Source of the DNA: Candidatus Binatia bacterium
GTDB lineage: Bacteria; Desulfobacterota; Binatia; Bin18
Direction of reading: 5' to 3'
Length of the DNA: 64,000 nt
NCBI GenBank assembly: GCA_963666315.2
Contig: CAXXHG010000047.1
Span: 64,001-128,000, forward strand
Part shown: piece by piece, positions 9,633 to 20,418 of the stretch
Layout: every line of letters begins with the position of its first letter
Numbering within the stretch: the stretch's first letter is position 1
The notes under the pieces: model-generated
The model's database searches: none
The model's input: the letters and a program-made list of their open reading frames with translations, nothing else
Told to the model about the DNA's origin: nothing
Position numbers and translations under genes: made by a program

Positions 9633-10418
9633 ATGTACCCTGTGGGTCGTTCGTATAAGGAGAGGGAGAAAAGTATTCATGTTTTGCCGCTCTCGTTTAA
9701 TGGGGCTGAAAGACTATTGTTCATCAATCGCGTATTCCCCTCCTTCCTCTTATTCTTCTTATTCGGTCTCTTCTATACTTTGCCCGTGTCCGTGGCCAGT
9801 GCGGACGTGCTGTATAGCCTCGAATTCTCTGGTCAGCCTGATGGACCCGCGGAGGAATGGTTAAAACGTCAGGGTTTTATCTTTCGGTTTGATGCGGATG
9901 ATTTACAGCCACGGTTCAAGAACAACCGTTTGGTCTTGCAGACTACTCGAAAAATAGGAGGACTGTTCGAGCTGTCGCTCAACTTGTCCAATGCAAAACG
10001 GCTCCGCATTCATTGGGGGGTAGACCGTTATCCACGCGGAGCGGATTGGGGGAGCGGAGTCACTGCGGTCCCCATTGCGGTGATGACCTCGTTTGGGACA
10101 AAAAAAATAAGCAGCGGGTCATTTATCGTGCCCAACGCCCCGTATTTCGTCGGTCTCTTCTTAGGCGAAAAAGAACAGGCCAGTCAAGTATATACAGGCA
10201 ATTATTACAAAAAGGGCGGACGCTATTTCTGTACGCCGTGTGGCGTGCCGTTGGGACAGGTAGTTGTGACCGAGTTCGACCTGGATCACGCTTTTCGAAC
10301 TCAATTTAACCAAGCCGTCGTTCCTCCGATCAGCCGGCTTGGTCTTCAGATGAATACGAAAGGCACGTCCGGCGGAGCAGCCGCTTTTTTGGAGAAGGTC
10401 GAATATTTGTCAGACTAG
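9633..10418 (+). CDS. Exported hypothetical protein (start uncertain)
   Basis: Hydrophobic signal-like stretch (FLLFFLFGLFYTLPVSVASA) followed by a beta-rich domain with CTPC. Confidence 0.6.
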   Translation: MYPVGRSYKEREKSIHVLPLSFNGAERLLFINRVFPSFLLFFLFGLFYTLPVSVASADVLYSLEFSGQPDGPAEEWLKRQGFIFRFDADDLQPRFKNNRLVLQTTRKIGGLFELSLNLSNAKRLRIHWGVDRYPRGADWGSGVTAVPIAVMTSFGTKKISSGSFIVPNAPYFVGLFLGEKEQASQVYTGNYYKKGGRYFCTPCGVPLGQVVVTEFDLDHAFRTQFNQAVVPPISRLGLQMNTKGTSGGAAAFLEKVEYLSD

Positions 10419-10609
10419 TCGGTGCTGTTGAATATAGGCGTGTATTTTGCGTCTGAGTAAATAGCTTATCCTCCTTACTCTTTCTTCCTCCTGCCGTAAG
10501 CGGCGGCAGGGAAAGTGCTCATGAACCCCCTTTATGAGCCTTTCCCGTGCTGTTTCTTCAGATTGCTCAGGCCGGAACCTTGGATCTACGTGGATGAAGA
10601 AGATCTGGT

Positions 10610-11248
10610 CTATGCCGGACCACTCCAATCAAAGGGAATATGCTTGCTGGATTGACCCGCCCAGTCCCACTGAAAGCCGTACGCATCGACCTGATTATCA
10701 ACCGTTTTTCCCCATGTCGCGACTTGGCCCGGACCAACTTCCGATCCCGGTGGGTTGAGTAACTGGACGCGTTTGCCTTTCGGTGTAGTTGGACCAGACA
10801 ATGCCTCAGCAAAGGCTGTGACTTTATTTGGAATCTCAACCTTCCAGGAGGCGAGATCGTCTGCAACTTCAAAGTTGATAGGGACAAACTCAATACCCCG
10901 TACCTCGCCGATGGATTGAGCGAAAGTCCCCATAAATCCGCCAGCCTGACCCGAAAAGATGAGTTCTAAGGCCTCACGCTGTGCCGTGTCGGCTTGCTCA
11001 TCGATGAATAGTCCGAGTGAAATACTCGCCTCCCCAGCCCACACGTTGCCGTCGAAGCTGGCGACCGCAACGACACTCAGCCCATCAAGACGCACGGACC
11101 CGTAGCTGCCTTCTCGAACGTGATAAGCCAGGACTCCTTCGCAGTGATTGTTTGTTGGCGGTTGGGCAAATTCACACGGACAGGCGATATTGCAGCTGCA
11201 CACATCAAACCAGTCACCACGTAGAGTCCAATTTTTGATGTCGGCCAT
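10610..11248 (-). CDS. DUF1326 domain protein
   Basis: W.L.GDWFDVCSCNIACPC...C.G Cys motif, IDEQADTAQREALELIFSGQAGG; GGAGAG RBS. Confidence 0.88.
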   Translation of the reverse strand: MADIKNWTLRGDWFDVCSCNIACPCEFAQPPTNNHCEGVLAYHVREGSYGSVRLDGLSVVAVASFDGNVWAGEASISLGLFIDEQADTAQREALELIFSGQAGGFMGTFAQSIGEVRGIEFVPINFEVADDLASWKVEIPNKVTAFAEALSGPTTPKGKRVQLLNPPGSEVGPGQVATWGKTVDNQVDAYGFQWDWAGQSSKHIPFDWSGPA

Positions 11249-11299
11249 ATAGCTCTCCTTCCTCCAGATGTAGAGGCGTGATGAGTGCGCATTCTCCAG

Positions 11300-11326
11300 T
11301 GAGCATTCGCCGGAGGCGAATGCTCA
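11300..11326. repeat. Perfect 12-bp-stem hairpin
   Basis: TGAGCATTCGCC-GGA-GGCGAATGCTCA immediately after the dehydrogenase stop codon; no U-tract. Confidence 0.55.
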
Positions 11327-11327
11327 G

Positions 11328-12413
11328 CTAACTCCGCCACGGTTCGACGATAATCTTGGCATGCTGCTCAGGTGAAGCAAGATCTTTAAACGCTTGCGCA
11401 ATTCCCTCAACACCGATCGTGCCGGTGATGAGGGGATCCGCAATGATTTCACCTTCTGCGATATGGCGCAGCGTTGCCGCGTATTCTTCTCCACTATAGC
11501 CCAGGACAAATTGGAGGTTCAGCTCTTTATTGATCCCGAACATCGGCTCAAAGCTGTCTTTCTCCATACATACGCCTACGACAATAATACGGCTACCTTG
11601 GGGCGTGGCAGCCATAATCTGATCAATGACGCCCGGTACACCCACACATTCAAAAATGACTGCCGGCCGCAGGGCAGGGCCGCTAGCCCAGGGTGGCTGG
11701 GCAGGTGCTTGGCTCGGATCGGCCCAGACCGCCGCTTCCCGCCAGCTGGTATACGGCGACTTTTCTGCTGGATCGATAATAATATCCGCCCCTACTTTCT
11801 CGGCAAGCTGACGGCGGCGCGAAGAGAAGTCAGCGGCAACAATCGGATGGATACCTTTCATCCGCAGGGACGAAATAACCGCAAGTCCGACCGGTCCACA
11901 GCCGATCACCAGCGGCACATCGTCCTTCTCCCAGCGTACCTTCTCAACGGCATGCAGACCCACGGCCATAGGTTCGGTCAGGGCAGCCTTTTCGGTCGGG
12001 AGACCATTCGGCACCTCAATTAAGAGGTTTTCCGTCAACCGCATATATTCGCCGTAGCCACCCGGATGCTCGTTCGAATACCCCACCGTTTTGATGCCGC
12101 TTGAGCGCAGGAGGATGGGCATACAGACCGCACGAGTGCCGGTCTTGAGTGTCTTTTGTGTGTCTGGTCCGTAATCGACCACTTCAACGCAAAATTCGTG
12201 ACCCATCACAATCCCGCGACTCAGGTCCATATCAAAAATACCGCCTGAACGTTCTGAGATTGCAACCAGCTTCTCGGTATGCTTGAGGGCGTGGAGATCT
12301 GAGCCGCAAATGCCACAGGCCAGTGTTTTCACTAGCACTTCCCCGGACCCAGGCTCGGGAACGGGAACATCTTCAACCGTGAGTTTATGATCGAACATGA
12401 CCGCAGCACGCAT
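11328..12413 (-). CDS. Zinc-binding (MDR family) alcohol dehydrogenase
   Basis: CGICGSDLH, GHE and Rossmann GCGPVG motifs; lacks the structural-Zn Cys cluster. Confidence 0.9.
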   Translation of the reverse strand: MRAAVMFDHKLTVEDVPVPEPGSGEVLVKTLACGICGSDLHALKHTEKLVAISERSGGIFDMDLSRGIVMGHEFCVEVVDYGPDTQKTLKTGTRAVCMPILLRSSGIKTVGYSNEHPGGYGEYMRLTENLLIEVPNGLPTEKAALTEPMAVGLHAVEKVRWEKDDVPLVIGCGPVGLAVISSLRMKGIHPIVAADFSSRRRQLAEKVGADIIIDPAEKSPYTSWREAAVWADPSQAPAQPPWASGPALRPAVIFECVGVPGVIDQIMAATPQGSRIIVVGVCMEKDSFEPMFGINKELNLQFVLGYSGEEYAATLRHIAEGEIIADPLITGTIGVEGIAQAFKDLASPEQHAKIIVEPWRS

Positions 12414-12597
12414 AGGCTTTCTCCTTTGTGGTGGTGTGTTCGGCGGCCCAACTATAGGCTATGGGCTCTGCTGCTGTCCAGGCACAGGTGGCAAGAACAG
12501 AGAGAAAGACCAGATAGCAGGACGCCTGCAGAGGCGTCTCTAGTAAAGATGTCTGACGGCTGCTGAAAGACTGACGGAACTGAAAACCTCATCTTGT

Positions 12598-12646
12598 TTG
12601 ACACCTCCCTTCCGGCTGTCATACAGTGCCAGCTGTCAGACAGCTG
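12598..12646 (+). promoter_or_regulatory. Sigma-70-like promoter overlapped by two palindromic operator boxes
   Basis: TTGACA (12598)-N18-TACAGT (12622). Boxes CTGTCATACAG (12616) and CAGCTGTCAGACAGCTG (12630). Confidence 0.55.
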
Positions 12647-12674
12647 CCGGACCCTTTCGATAAGGAGGATCTCG

Positions 12675-13025
12675 ATGAAAGTGACGCGCGTGTACACCGG
12701 ACCGGACAATCAATCGCATTTTGAAGATATCGATATACCGCTCAAAGACGGAGGCATGATTGGTCAGGTGTCTGAACGAGTCCCAGCAACGGGGGTGATC
12801 TTTCGCCACACCTCGGGCGACTATGATCTTGATTTTCACAACGCTCCGCGCCGCCAGTATGTGGCTATGCTGGACGGCGAGGTCGAGATTGAAGTCGGCG
12901 ATGGCACCAAGCGGATTCTCGGAACGGGAGACATCCTGCTTGCAGAAGATACGACCGGCCAGGGCCATATCAGCCGGGCGGTGAAAGGCAAACCGCGCAA
13001 GTCGCTTTTTATTACGCTGGACTAG
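12675..13025 (+). CDS. Cupin domain protein
   Basis: AAGGAGG RBS; TRVYTGPDNQSHFED, FHNAPRRQY and EDTTGQGH motifs. Confidence 0.85.
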   Translation: MKVTRVYTGPDNQSHFEDIDIPLKDGGMIGQVSERVPATGVIFRHTSGDYDLDFHNAPRRQYVAMLDGEVEIEVGDGTKRILGTGDILLAEDTTGQGHISRAVKGKPRKSLFITLD

Positions 13026-13043
13026 AATGAGGGGTGTCTGTGT

Positions 13044-14237
13044 ATGGGCAGCGCGCTGGACGGCATCCGTGTTCTTGATCTCACCCACAACCAAGCCGGC
13101 CCTTCGTGCGCCCAAATCTTGGCCTGGCTTGGTGCCGATGTCATCAAAGTCGAAGAGCCGGGCCGCGGTGATATTGCGCGGGTGAGTCTGAGTGACCGGC
13201 CTGGGACTGACAGCCTGTTTTTTCTGTTTTTTAATGCCAATAAACGTAGCCTGACGCTTAATCTCAAACAGCCGCAGGGCAAAGGGGCCTTTCGCAAACT
13301 GGTCCAGACAGCGGATGTGGTGTTGGAGAATTTCGGTCCTGGCACCATGAAACGGTTGGGGTTTGGCTACGACACGCTCAAACAGCTCAATCCCCGCATT
13401 GTCTACGCTAGTATTAAAGGCTTTGGCTCCTACGGTCCGTATAGTGCGTTCAAGAGCTTTGAGCCGGTCGCCCAAGCAATGGGCGGCTCCATGAGTGTAA
13501 CCGGCTTTCCCGACAATCCGCCAACAGTAACCTGGTCGTGCGTTGGGGACTCCGGTACGGGTATGCACTGTGTGATCGGTATTTTGGCGGCTCTCATGCA
13601 ACGCCATACCAGCGGCGAAGGTCAACAGGTCGAAGTGTCGATGCAAGACGCAGTGGTGAATTTAGTGCGCGTCAGCCTGCGCGATCATCAGCGCACCGGT
13701 AAGCCGGTTGAACGCAACGGCAATCAGCTTGGCTCATTTGTTCCTGCCAACACCTATCGGTGTCATCCCGGCGGAGCCAACGACTATGTGTTTATTATTG
13801 CTCAGCAGCAGATGTGGGAGCCTCTCCTGCGCGCCATAGAGCGCGCAGACCTGATCGGCGATGCTCGCTACCAGAAAGCCGAAGCACGCGTCGAACATGT
13901 GGAGGAGGTGAATGCGTTCATCGAAGAGTGGACGGCGAAAAGACCAAAACACGAGGTCATGCAAATCCTGGCGGACGCAGGGGTGCCGTGCGGCGCGTGC
14001 CAGGATACGGGCGAGGTGTTGAATGACCCGCATTTACGTGCGCGGGAGATGATACTCGACCTGGACCATCCAACCCGGGGGTCCTACACCATGGCGGGCA
14101 ACCCCATCAAGCTGTCGGCCTCAAACGTTCCCATCAAGGCCGCGCCGCTGCTCGGCGCGCACAGCGCAGAAATTTTGACGGAGTTAGGATACGGTGAGGC
14201 TGCCATCGCCGCTATGCGAGAAGCAGGGCTGATCTAG
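13044..14237 (+). CDS. Class III CoA-transferase (CaiB/BaiF, formyl-CoA transferase-like)
   Basis: LDGIRVLDLTHNQAGP, ADVIKVE, NANKRS, ADVVLENFGPG and catalytic Asp in GDSGTG. Confidence 0.9.
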   Translation: MGSALDGIRVLDLTHNQAGPSCAQILAWLGADVIKVEEPGRGDIARVSLSDRPGTDSLFFLFFNANKRSLTLNLKQPQGKGAFRKLVQTADVVLENFGPGTMKRLGFGYDTLKQLNPRIVYASIKGFGSYGPYSAFKSFEPVAQAMGGSMSVTGFPDNPPTVTWSCVGDSGTGMHCVIGILAALMQRHTSGEGQQVEVSMQDAVVNLVRVSLRDHQRTGKPVERNGNQLGSFVPANTYRCHPGGANDYVFIIAQQQMWEPLLRAIERADLIGDARYQKAEARVEHVEEVNAFIEEWTAKRPKHEVMQILADAGVPCGACQDTGEVLNDPHLRAREMILDLDHPTRGSYTMAGNPIKLSASNVPIKAAPLLGAHSAEILTELGYGEAAIAAMREAGLI

Positions 14238-14256
14238 CGCAGTAAAGGAGAGTCTT

Positions 14257-15279
14257 ATGAATGTCGGTTTACTATTCCCCTTTCGGAATCCGCCCAAATG
14301 GCGCAAACCGTTTACACAGTTCTACGCCGAACAGTTGCGCCAGGCGCAGGTGGCTGAGGAACTCGGCTATGACACGATCTGGCTGACCGAGCATCACTTT
14401 GCCGAAGATGGCTACTCGCCTTCGCTGCTGCCTATTGCCGGCGCGCTTGCCGCTATGACGACGCGGATACGGATAGGCACGTTCCTCTTGCTCTTACCTC
14501 TGCACAATGCCGTGCGCATAGGCGAAGATGCTGCGACTGTAGATGTGTTGACCAACGGTCGCTTTGATCTGGGTCTGGGACAAGGCTATTCCCTCTCAGA
14601 GTTTGAGGGCTACGGTATCCCCCGTAAGGAGCGCGCTTCGCTCTTGGAAGAGGGCATTGAGGTGATCAGGGGCATGTGGACCCAAGATCCGTTCTCGCAT
14701 GAGGGTAAACACTATCAACTGAAAAATATTCGTCTTGAGCCCAAACCAGCTCAGACGCCACATCCGCCGGTGTGGATAGGCGCGAATGCACCCAAGGCCG
14801 TCGAGCGGGCGGCTCGACTCGGTTGCCATTTTATGGGAGGAGGGACCTCAGCCGCTCAGGAAGTATATGATTCCGCATTGCGCAGCCATGGTCGTGACCC
14901 CAAAGATTTTCATGCCGCGCAATTGCGTTGGGCCTATGTTGCTCCGACCCACGATCAAGCCTGGGACGACGCCCAAGAGCATCTGCACTATATGCTGACC
15001 TGGTATGGTCGCTGGCTGGCGGAAGCCCAAGACTTTCCAGGCGCTGAACAGTTCAGTCAGTTACCCCCAGTAGCTGAGCTGCGGAACGATCCGGAACAGT
15101 TACTGGCCAGTCCGATGATCGGCACCCCGGAGGAAGTTGGACGTGAGATCGAGCAGTTCACGAAAGACGTACGCACCACGCATCTCGTCCTCGGGATGCA
15201 TCTGCCCGGCCTCGACCCGGCCAAAAGTCAACGCTCGATGGAACTGTTTGCCAAAGAGGTCATACCAGGGTTGCACTAG
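14257..15279 (+). CDS. LLM-class flavin-dependent oxidoreductase
   Basis: AEELGYDTIWLTEHH, EDAATVDVLTNGRFDLGLGQG and SMELFAKEVIP motifs. Confidence 0.9.
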   Translation: MNVGLLFPFRNPPKWRKPFTQFYAEQLRQAQVAEELGYDTIWLTEHHFAEDGYSPSLLPIAGALAAMTTRIRIGTFLLLLPLHNAVRIGEDAATVDVLTNGRFDLGLGQGYSLSEFEGYGIPRKERASLLEEGIEVIRGMWTQDPFSHEGKHYQLKNIRLEPKPAQTPHPPVWIGANAPKAVERAARLGCHFMGGGTSAAQEVYDSALRSHGRDPKDFHAAQLRWAYVAPTHDQAWDDAQEHLHYMLTWYGRWLAEAQDFPGAEQFSQLPPVAELRNDPEQLLASPMIGTPEEVGREIEQFTKDVRTTHLVLGMHLPGLDPAKSQRSMELFAKEVIPGLH

Positions 15280-15396
15280 TTGCACTAAGTGAAAAAGGCC
15301 TGTCATTGAACTGGCGTTGGATTGCTCTGTTCGGCAGAAGGGCAGCATGTGGATCGTGCGAAACCGGCTAAAAGTGTGCGTGTCTGCGCGTTCATA

Positions 15397-15493
15397 CCCT
15401 TCGGCTTTACTCAGGACAGGCTTCGACGGGGCTCAGCACGAATAGACCTTGTCCGTCGTCTCTTTGTCCGTTCGCCCTGAGCCTGTCGAAGGG
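15397..15493. repeat. REP-like CCCTTCGAC..GCTCAG inverted-repeat element
   Basis: CCCTTCGG...CTTCGACGGGGCTCAGCACGAA...TTCGCCCTGAGCCTGTCGAAGGG; related pieces at about 19045-19097 and 44475-44502. Confidence 0.6.
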
Positions 15494-15595
15494 AGAACAA
15501 TGGCGACACAACGCACAGATTTAAGGTAGACGCGTTACTAGGGTTCGCCTTGAATCGAGCCAGCCGAAGGAGTACAGAGGCTGAGAGGTCTGGCC

Positions 15596-18500
15596 ATGAC
15601 GTTCGATGAGGTGCTCGGGCGGGTGCAAGACCTGCTGCAACGAGAGAAACGGGTCTCCTACCGGGACTTAAAGCGGCGCTTTGCCCTCGATGACGAATGT
15701 CTGGAAGACCTGAAAGAAGAACTCATCGGCGCGAAGCGGCTCGCGGTCGATGAAGACGGCCGCTTTCTGGTCTGGACGGGCGGAGAGGATATTTTTACGG
15801 AAGCCTCAGCCTCGACTGCTGTCACTGCGCCCAGTGCTCCGCCTACAGCCACTCCCTCGGACCAATCGGTCCCCGCAGGCGAGCGCCGCCAGCTAACTGT
15901 CATGTTCTGTGACCTGGTGGGGTCTAAGGCCTTGTCCGAACAACTCGACCCCGAAGACCACCATGCTGTAGTGCGAGCCTACCAGGATGCCTGCCGTCAA
16001 GTCATTGAACGCTATGAGGGGCATATCGCCCAGTATCTCGGGGATGGCATCCTGGTGTACTTCGGCTACCCAGCGGCGCATGAAGACGATGCCATTCGCG
16101 GGGTCGAAGTGGGGCTGGACATCCTCGCCGCTTTACCAACGCTTGAGCTGGCTCAACCGATCCAAGCGCGCATTGGTCTCCACACCGGCCCGGTCGTCAT
16201 TGGCGCGGTGGGCGGCGGCGAGCATACCGAACAACTGGCCTTAGGGAGACGCCGAACATTGCGGCGCGAGTGCAAGGCAAAGCAGACCCCAACACGGTGG
16301 CCATCAGTGCCGCCACGCACCGACTCGTCCAAGGTTTCTTCGCGTGCGAGGACTTGGGCACGCAGGAGTTGAAGGGTCTGTCCGCTCCGCTCAGGCTCCA
16401 TCAAGTTACAGGCGAAGGGGAGGCGCAGAATCGGTTTGATGTGTCGATCCAGCAGGGCCTCACCCTACTCATCGGCAGAGAAGAAGAAGTGGAGCTGCTC
16501 TTGCGGAGGTGGGAGCGGGCCAAGGCCGGTGACGGGCAAGTGGTCTTGCTCAGCGCGGAGGCAGGTATTGGCAAGTCGCGGCTGGTGCAGGTGCTGCGCG
16601 ATCACAGTGACAACGAACCCCATCTGAGAATCCTGTGTCGCTGCTCGCCATTCTATCAGAACAGTGCGCTCTACCCGGTGATCGACCGTTTGCAGCGCGT
16701 TTTGCGACTCGGCAAAGACGACACCTCAGCCACAAAACTGGCCAAGCTCACGCAGTGGTTAGAACCTGTAGGGATGAATGACGAAGAGAAGACGGCGCTA
16801 TTTGCAGCTCTCCAGTCCATCCCGTTGCCCGACGATCATCCCCGGCTGCCCTACAGTTCCCAGAAGCAAAAAGAGAAGACCCTCCAGGTGCTTGTGACGT
16901 GGCTCCAGAAAACGGCAGAGCAGCAACCCGTCCGCCTGGAGATCGAAGACTTGCACTGGAGTGATCCTTCGACGTTGGAGTTCCTGGGCGTGCTGATGGA
17001 CCAGGTGCCCACTCGCGGATGCTCGTCCTGGTCACCTTCCGGCCCGAATTCACGCCGCCGTGGCCGGGCCAGGCGCATATGCTCTCACTCCAGCTCACCC
17101 GCCTGGCGCAACACCAGATCACCGCCATGGTCGAGCGGGTAGCGGGCAAAGCGTTGCCCGACGAAGTGGTGCAGCAACTGCTGGCTAATTCGGACGGCGT
17201 ACCGCTGTACATCGAGGAGATGACCAAGAATCTGTTGGAATCGGGGCTGCTGACTGAGACGGACGAGCAGTATGAGTTAACCGGCCCGCTGCCGGAAATG
17301 GCCATCTCGTCGTCCTTACAAGATTCTTTTGCCGCGCGCCTCGACCGCCGCGCGCCGGTCCGAGAGCTCGCCCAAATCGGCGCAGTGTTAGGTCGCGACT
17401 TTACCTACGACCTTATCCGCGCCATGTCCCAGATGGCGGACCCGAAGTTACAAGATGGCTTGGGGCAACTGAGTGCAGCGGAAATCCTGTTTCAACGCGG
17501 TGTCCCTCCTGACGCCAACTACACCTTCAAGCATGCGTTGTTGCAAGATGCCGCGTATGAGTCATTACTCAAGAGCCAGCCCAAGCAGTTTCATGCCCAG
17601 ACGGCAAAAGTATTAGAGCAGCAGCTTCCCGAGACAAAAGAGACCCATCCCGAACTGGTGGCCCATCATTACACTGAAGCCAGCCTTGCGGAACAGGCGA
17701 TTCCGTATTGGCAGCAAGCCGGTGAACGAGCCATGCAGCGGTCCGCGAACCAAGAAGCCATCGGCCACCTGACACAGGGGCTTGCGGTGCTCCAGACCCT
17801 GCCGGACACGCCCGAGCGCAGCCAGCGGGAACTCACGCTACAAATCACCCTCGGTGCACCACTGATCGCAACGAAAGGCTATGCCGCTGCGGAGGTCGGC
17901 GAAGTTTATCGGCGCGCACGTGAGCTGTGTGGCCAGCTTGGGGACAGTCCCCAGCTCTTCCCGGTGCTCAACGGACTGTGGGCGTTTTATTTTATTGGAG
18001 CGCAATTGCAGACGGCGCGGGAGCTAGCGGAACAGCTCCTGAGCCTGGCTTACGATGCACCAGACTCGGCCTTAGTGGAGACCCATTGGGCGCTCGGATG
18101 CACGTTGCATGTCCTCGGAGAGCTCCAGTCTTCCCGAACCCATCTGGAGCAGAGCCTCGCCCTGTACGACTTCGAGCAGCACCGCGCCCTGGCTCTTGTG
18201 TATGGACATGACCCAGCGATGAGTAGCCTTGCCTTGGGGTCCTTCGGGCTGTGGCTGCTGGGCTATCCGGACCAAGCCGTGCAAAGAAGTGACGAGGCGG
18301 TCGCGTTAGCCCGGAAATTGGCACACCCCTATAGCTTGTCGTTTACTTTGCACTGGGCTGCTTTCGACCATCTTGTCCGTGGGGAGGTGCAAGCAACCCA
18401 AGAGCGGGTGGAAGAGGTGCTGGCCCTCTCTCGTGAGCAGGAGTTTCCTCTCTTCTTGGCCATGGGGACTTGCTGTTGGGGGTGGGTACTGGCCGCGCGA

Positions 18501-18998
18501 GGACAGATGGATGCGGGGATGATACAGATCCCCCAGGGTCTATCCGCCCTTCAGGCCACGGGGACAGAACTGTTCCGGCCAGATTATCACAGTTTTCTGG
18601 CGGAGGCGCATCAAAAGGCAGGACAGACTGAAGCGGGACTGAGCGCGGCGGCCGAGGCTCTGACAGCAGCAGACAGAACGGGGGAGCGCTGGTACGAGGC
18701 AGAGCTGTATCGACTCAAAGGTGAACTGACCCTTAAAAAGTTACAAGTCGAAAGTCACAGGTCGCAGGTCGAAGAGGAAGCCGAAGAATGTTTTCAGCAG
18801 GCCATCGAAATTGCTCAAAAGCAAGAAGCGAAGTCCTGGGAACTCCGTGCCACTATGAGCTTGGCACGCCTCTGGCAGCAGCAGGGAAAAAAAGAAGAAG
18901 CCAACGACCTTCTTGCCCCAGTCTATGCCTGGTTCACCGAAGGGTTTGACACCAAAGATTTGCTGGAAGCGGAGACGTTACTGAAGGAGTTAGGCTAA
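15596..18998 (+). pseudogene. Class III adenylate/guanylate cyclase + AAA ATPase + TPR protein, split by two frameshifts
   Basis: [28 protein letters not shown] and EDLHW motifs, ending WFTEGFDTKDL. One-base deletions at about 16244 ([12 protein letters not shown]) and about 17013 (VPT/RMLVL) join three ORFs. Confidence 0.88.
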
Positions 18999-19044
18999 AG
19001 CGAAGGGTCTCTCTGCCACGTTCGCTGCCTCATCGCCGACGGAG

Positions 19045-19097
19045 AGATTCTTCGCCGGAGTTTATCCTGAACTGAGTCGAAGGGGCTCAGAATGACA
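19045..19097. repeat. REP-like GAGATTCTTCG..GCTCAGAATGACA repeat
   Basis: Intergenic hairpin-forming segment related to 15397-15493. Confidence 0.5.
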
Positions 19098-19131
19098 GGC
19101 TGATGTAAAACAATTATCAAGGGCTAATCCC

Positions 19132-19161
19132 GTAGGTCGAGTTAGCGAAGCGTAACCCGAC
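19132..19161 (+). repeat. GTAG REP of the RAYT-associated family
   Basis: GTAGGTCGAGTTAGCGAAGCGTAACCCGAC; near-identical to the copies at 33167, 33407, 34001 (inverse) and 38750. Confidence 0.85.
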
Positions 19162-19308
19162 CTCCCACTCAGAGTGAAAAAGCTGACGTAACGCAATTAT
19201 CAAAGAAGATTTGGTATGAGCAACATGAAGACAAGAATTTTTGGGTGCCTATTTCTGTTGCTTCCACTGGCACACTATGCCTCTGCCACAACAATTCCAT
19301 GAGCCGCC

Positions 19309-19668
19309 TTAGCGGTTTTTCTCTTCCCACTCCCTGAATTCGTCGACCACGCCACCTTGCCACATGGATACACCGGCCCGGTAGGCCGCGCGCGCAATCA
19401 TATGCGCGCCAACCGGAGCGGTGAGAAAGAGAAAGATCAGCACCAGACTTTCTTTAAGACCTGACGACAAACCCAAATAGCGCAGATACAGGAGCGCGGC
19501 GAGAACCAGCCCCGCGACGCCAAATGTGGTGCTTTTCGTCGTGGCGTGCATGCGGGCATACACGTCCTTGAGGCGTAATAGTCCGAAAGAACCGGTCAGA
19601 AGAAAAAATAAGCCGAGCAGTAATAAGAGACTAACGAGTACGTCGAGTATGTAGGGGACTTCCGTCAA
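19309..19668 (-). CDS. mrpG: Mrp Na+/H+ antiporter subunit G
   Basis: DVYARMHATTKSTTFG and LTAPVGAHMIARAAY motifs; last gene of the operon. Confidence 0.9.
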   Translation of the reverse strand: MTEVPYILDVLVSLLLLLGLFFLLTGSFGLLRLKDVYARMHATTKSTTFGVAGLVLAALLYLRYLGLSSGLKESLVLIFLFLTAPVGAHMIARAAYRAGVSMWQGGVVDEFREWEEKNR

Positions 19669-19933
19669 TGACTGTTCCTCCGAGTAAGTATTTGGCTGCT
19701 GCCACTGTCGCTAAGAACGACAGAATGGCAAGTACGAGGGCCACATCCATATAGAGCGCGCTCTGAGTGTGAATCGAAAAGACGATAATAGCTGCGACCA
19801 AATTGGTTGAGATATTATCCAAGGCAACCACCCGGTCGGGTATGGTCGGGCCGCGTAGGACTCGGTACGCACTCAGCAATACCGAGAGCGTAATGCCGCA
19901 CAAAACAACAAGTGATACAAAGGGAGTAATCAT
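19631..19933 (-). CDS. mrpF: Mrp antiporter subunit F
   Basis: YRVLRGPTIPDRVVALD and DVALVLAILSFLATVA motifs. Confidence 0.9.
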   Translation of the reverse strand: MITPFVSLVVLCGITLSVLLSAYRVLRGPTIPDRVVALDNISTNLVAAIIVFSIHTQSALYMDVALVLAILSFLATVAAAKYLLGGTVIDGSPLHTRRTR

Positions 19934-20418
19934 TGGGCAATGCGTTGCAGATAGCGTTCAAAACCGTCTCTGATAAGACGTCGTTCTTCCTCGATATCCT
20001 CGACATTAAGGAAGTGAATGAAGAGAAACTTTCGATCCGGTGCGATTTCTACCGACAGCGTGCCCGGGGTGAGGGTGATCATATTCGCCAGCAGGGTAAT
20101 GAGAAAATCGTCCTTCAACTCAAGGGGATAGGCAATAATACCGGATTGAATCGTAAGCTTCGGGGCCAGGACCTGCTTGACGACTGTTATGTTGGCAATC
20201 AGCAATTCTTTGAAAAAGAACGCCGCCAGCTGGAAGCTTAAGCTGACCTGGTGCAGGTAACGACGCTCTTGATGAAAGGAGCGCGGAAAAAAGAGCATGG
20301 CTGCGGTCGCGACCAATGAGCCGATCAGGAACTGGCGTAGCGAGACCTCATTCTGCAACAGGCACCACACCAAGGCGAGAACGATATTGAGCAGAAGTCG
20401 AGTAGCCATATCTTTCAA
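19930..20418 (-). CDS. mrpE: Mrp antiporter subunit E
   Basis: LLANMITLTPGTL motif. Confidence 0.92.
   Translation of the reverse strand: MKDMATRLLLNIVLALVWCLLQNEVSLRQFLIGSLVATAAMLFFPRSFHQERRYLHQVSLSFQLAAFFFKELLIANITVVKQVLAPKLTIQSGIIAYPLELKDDFLITLLANMITLTPGTLSVEIAPDRKFLFIHFLNVEDIEEERRLIRDGFERYLQRIAQ

Noticed and set aside
10410-10628. 72-aa ORF after DUF1326 as its usual membrane partner (DUF2182)
   Set aside because: Hydrophilic, overlaps DUF1326 and has no RBS; unsupported.
12636-13646. 336-aa antisense ORF
   Set aside because: Overlaps the well-supported cupin and CoA-transferase genes.
15596-18998. Programmed frameshifting or three separate genes
   Set aside because: No slippery heptamers; the pieces join into one known multidomain protein via one-base deletions.
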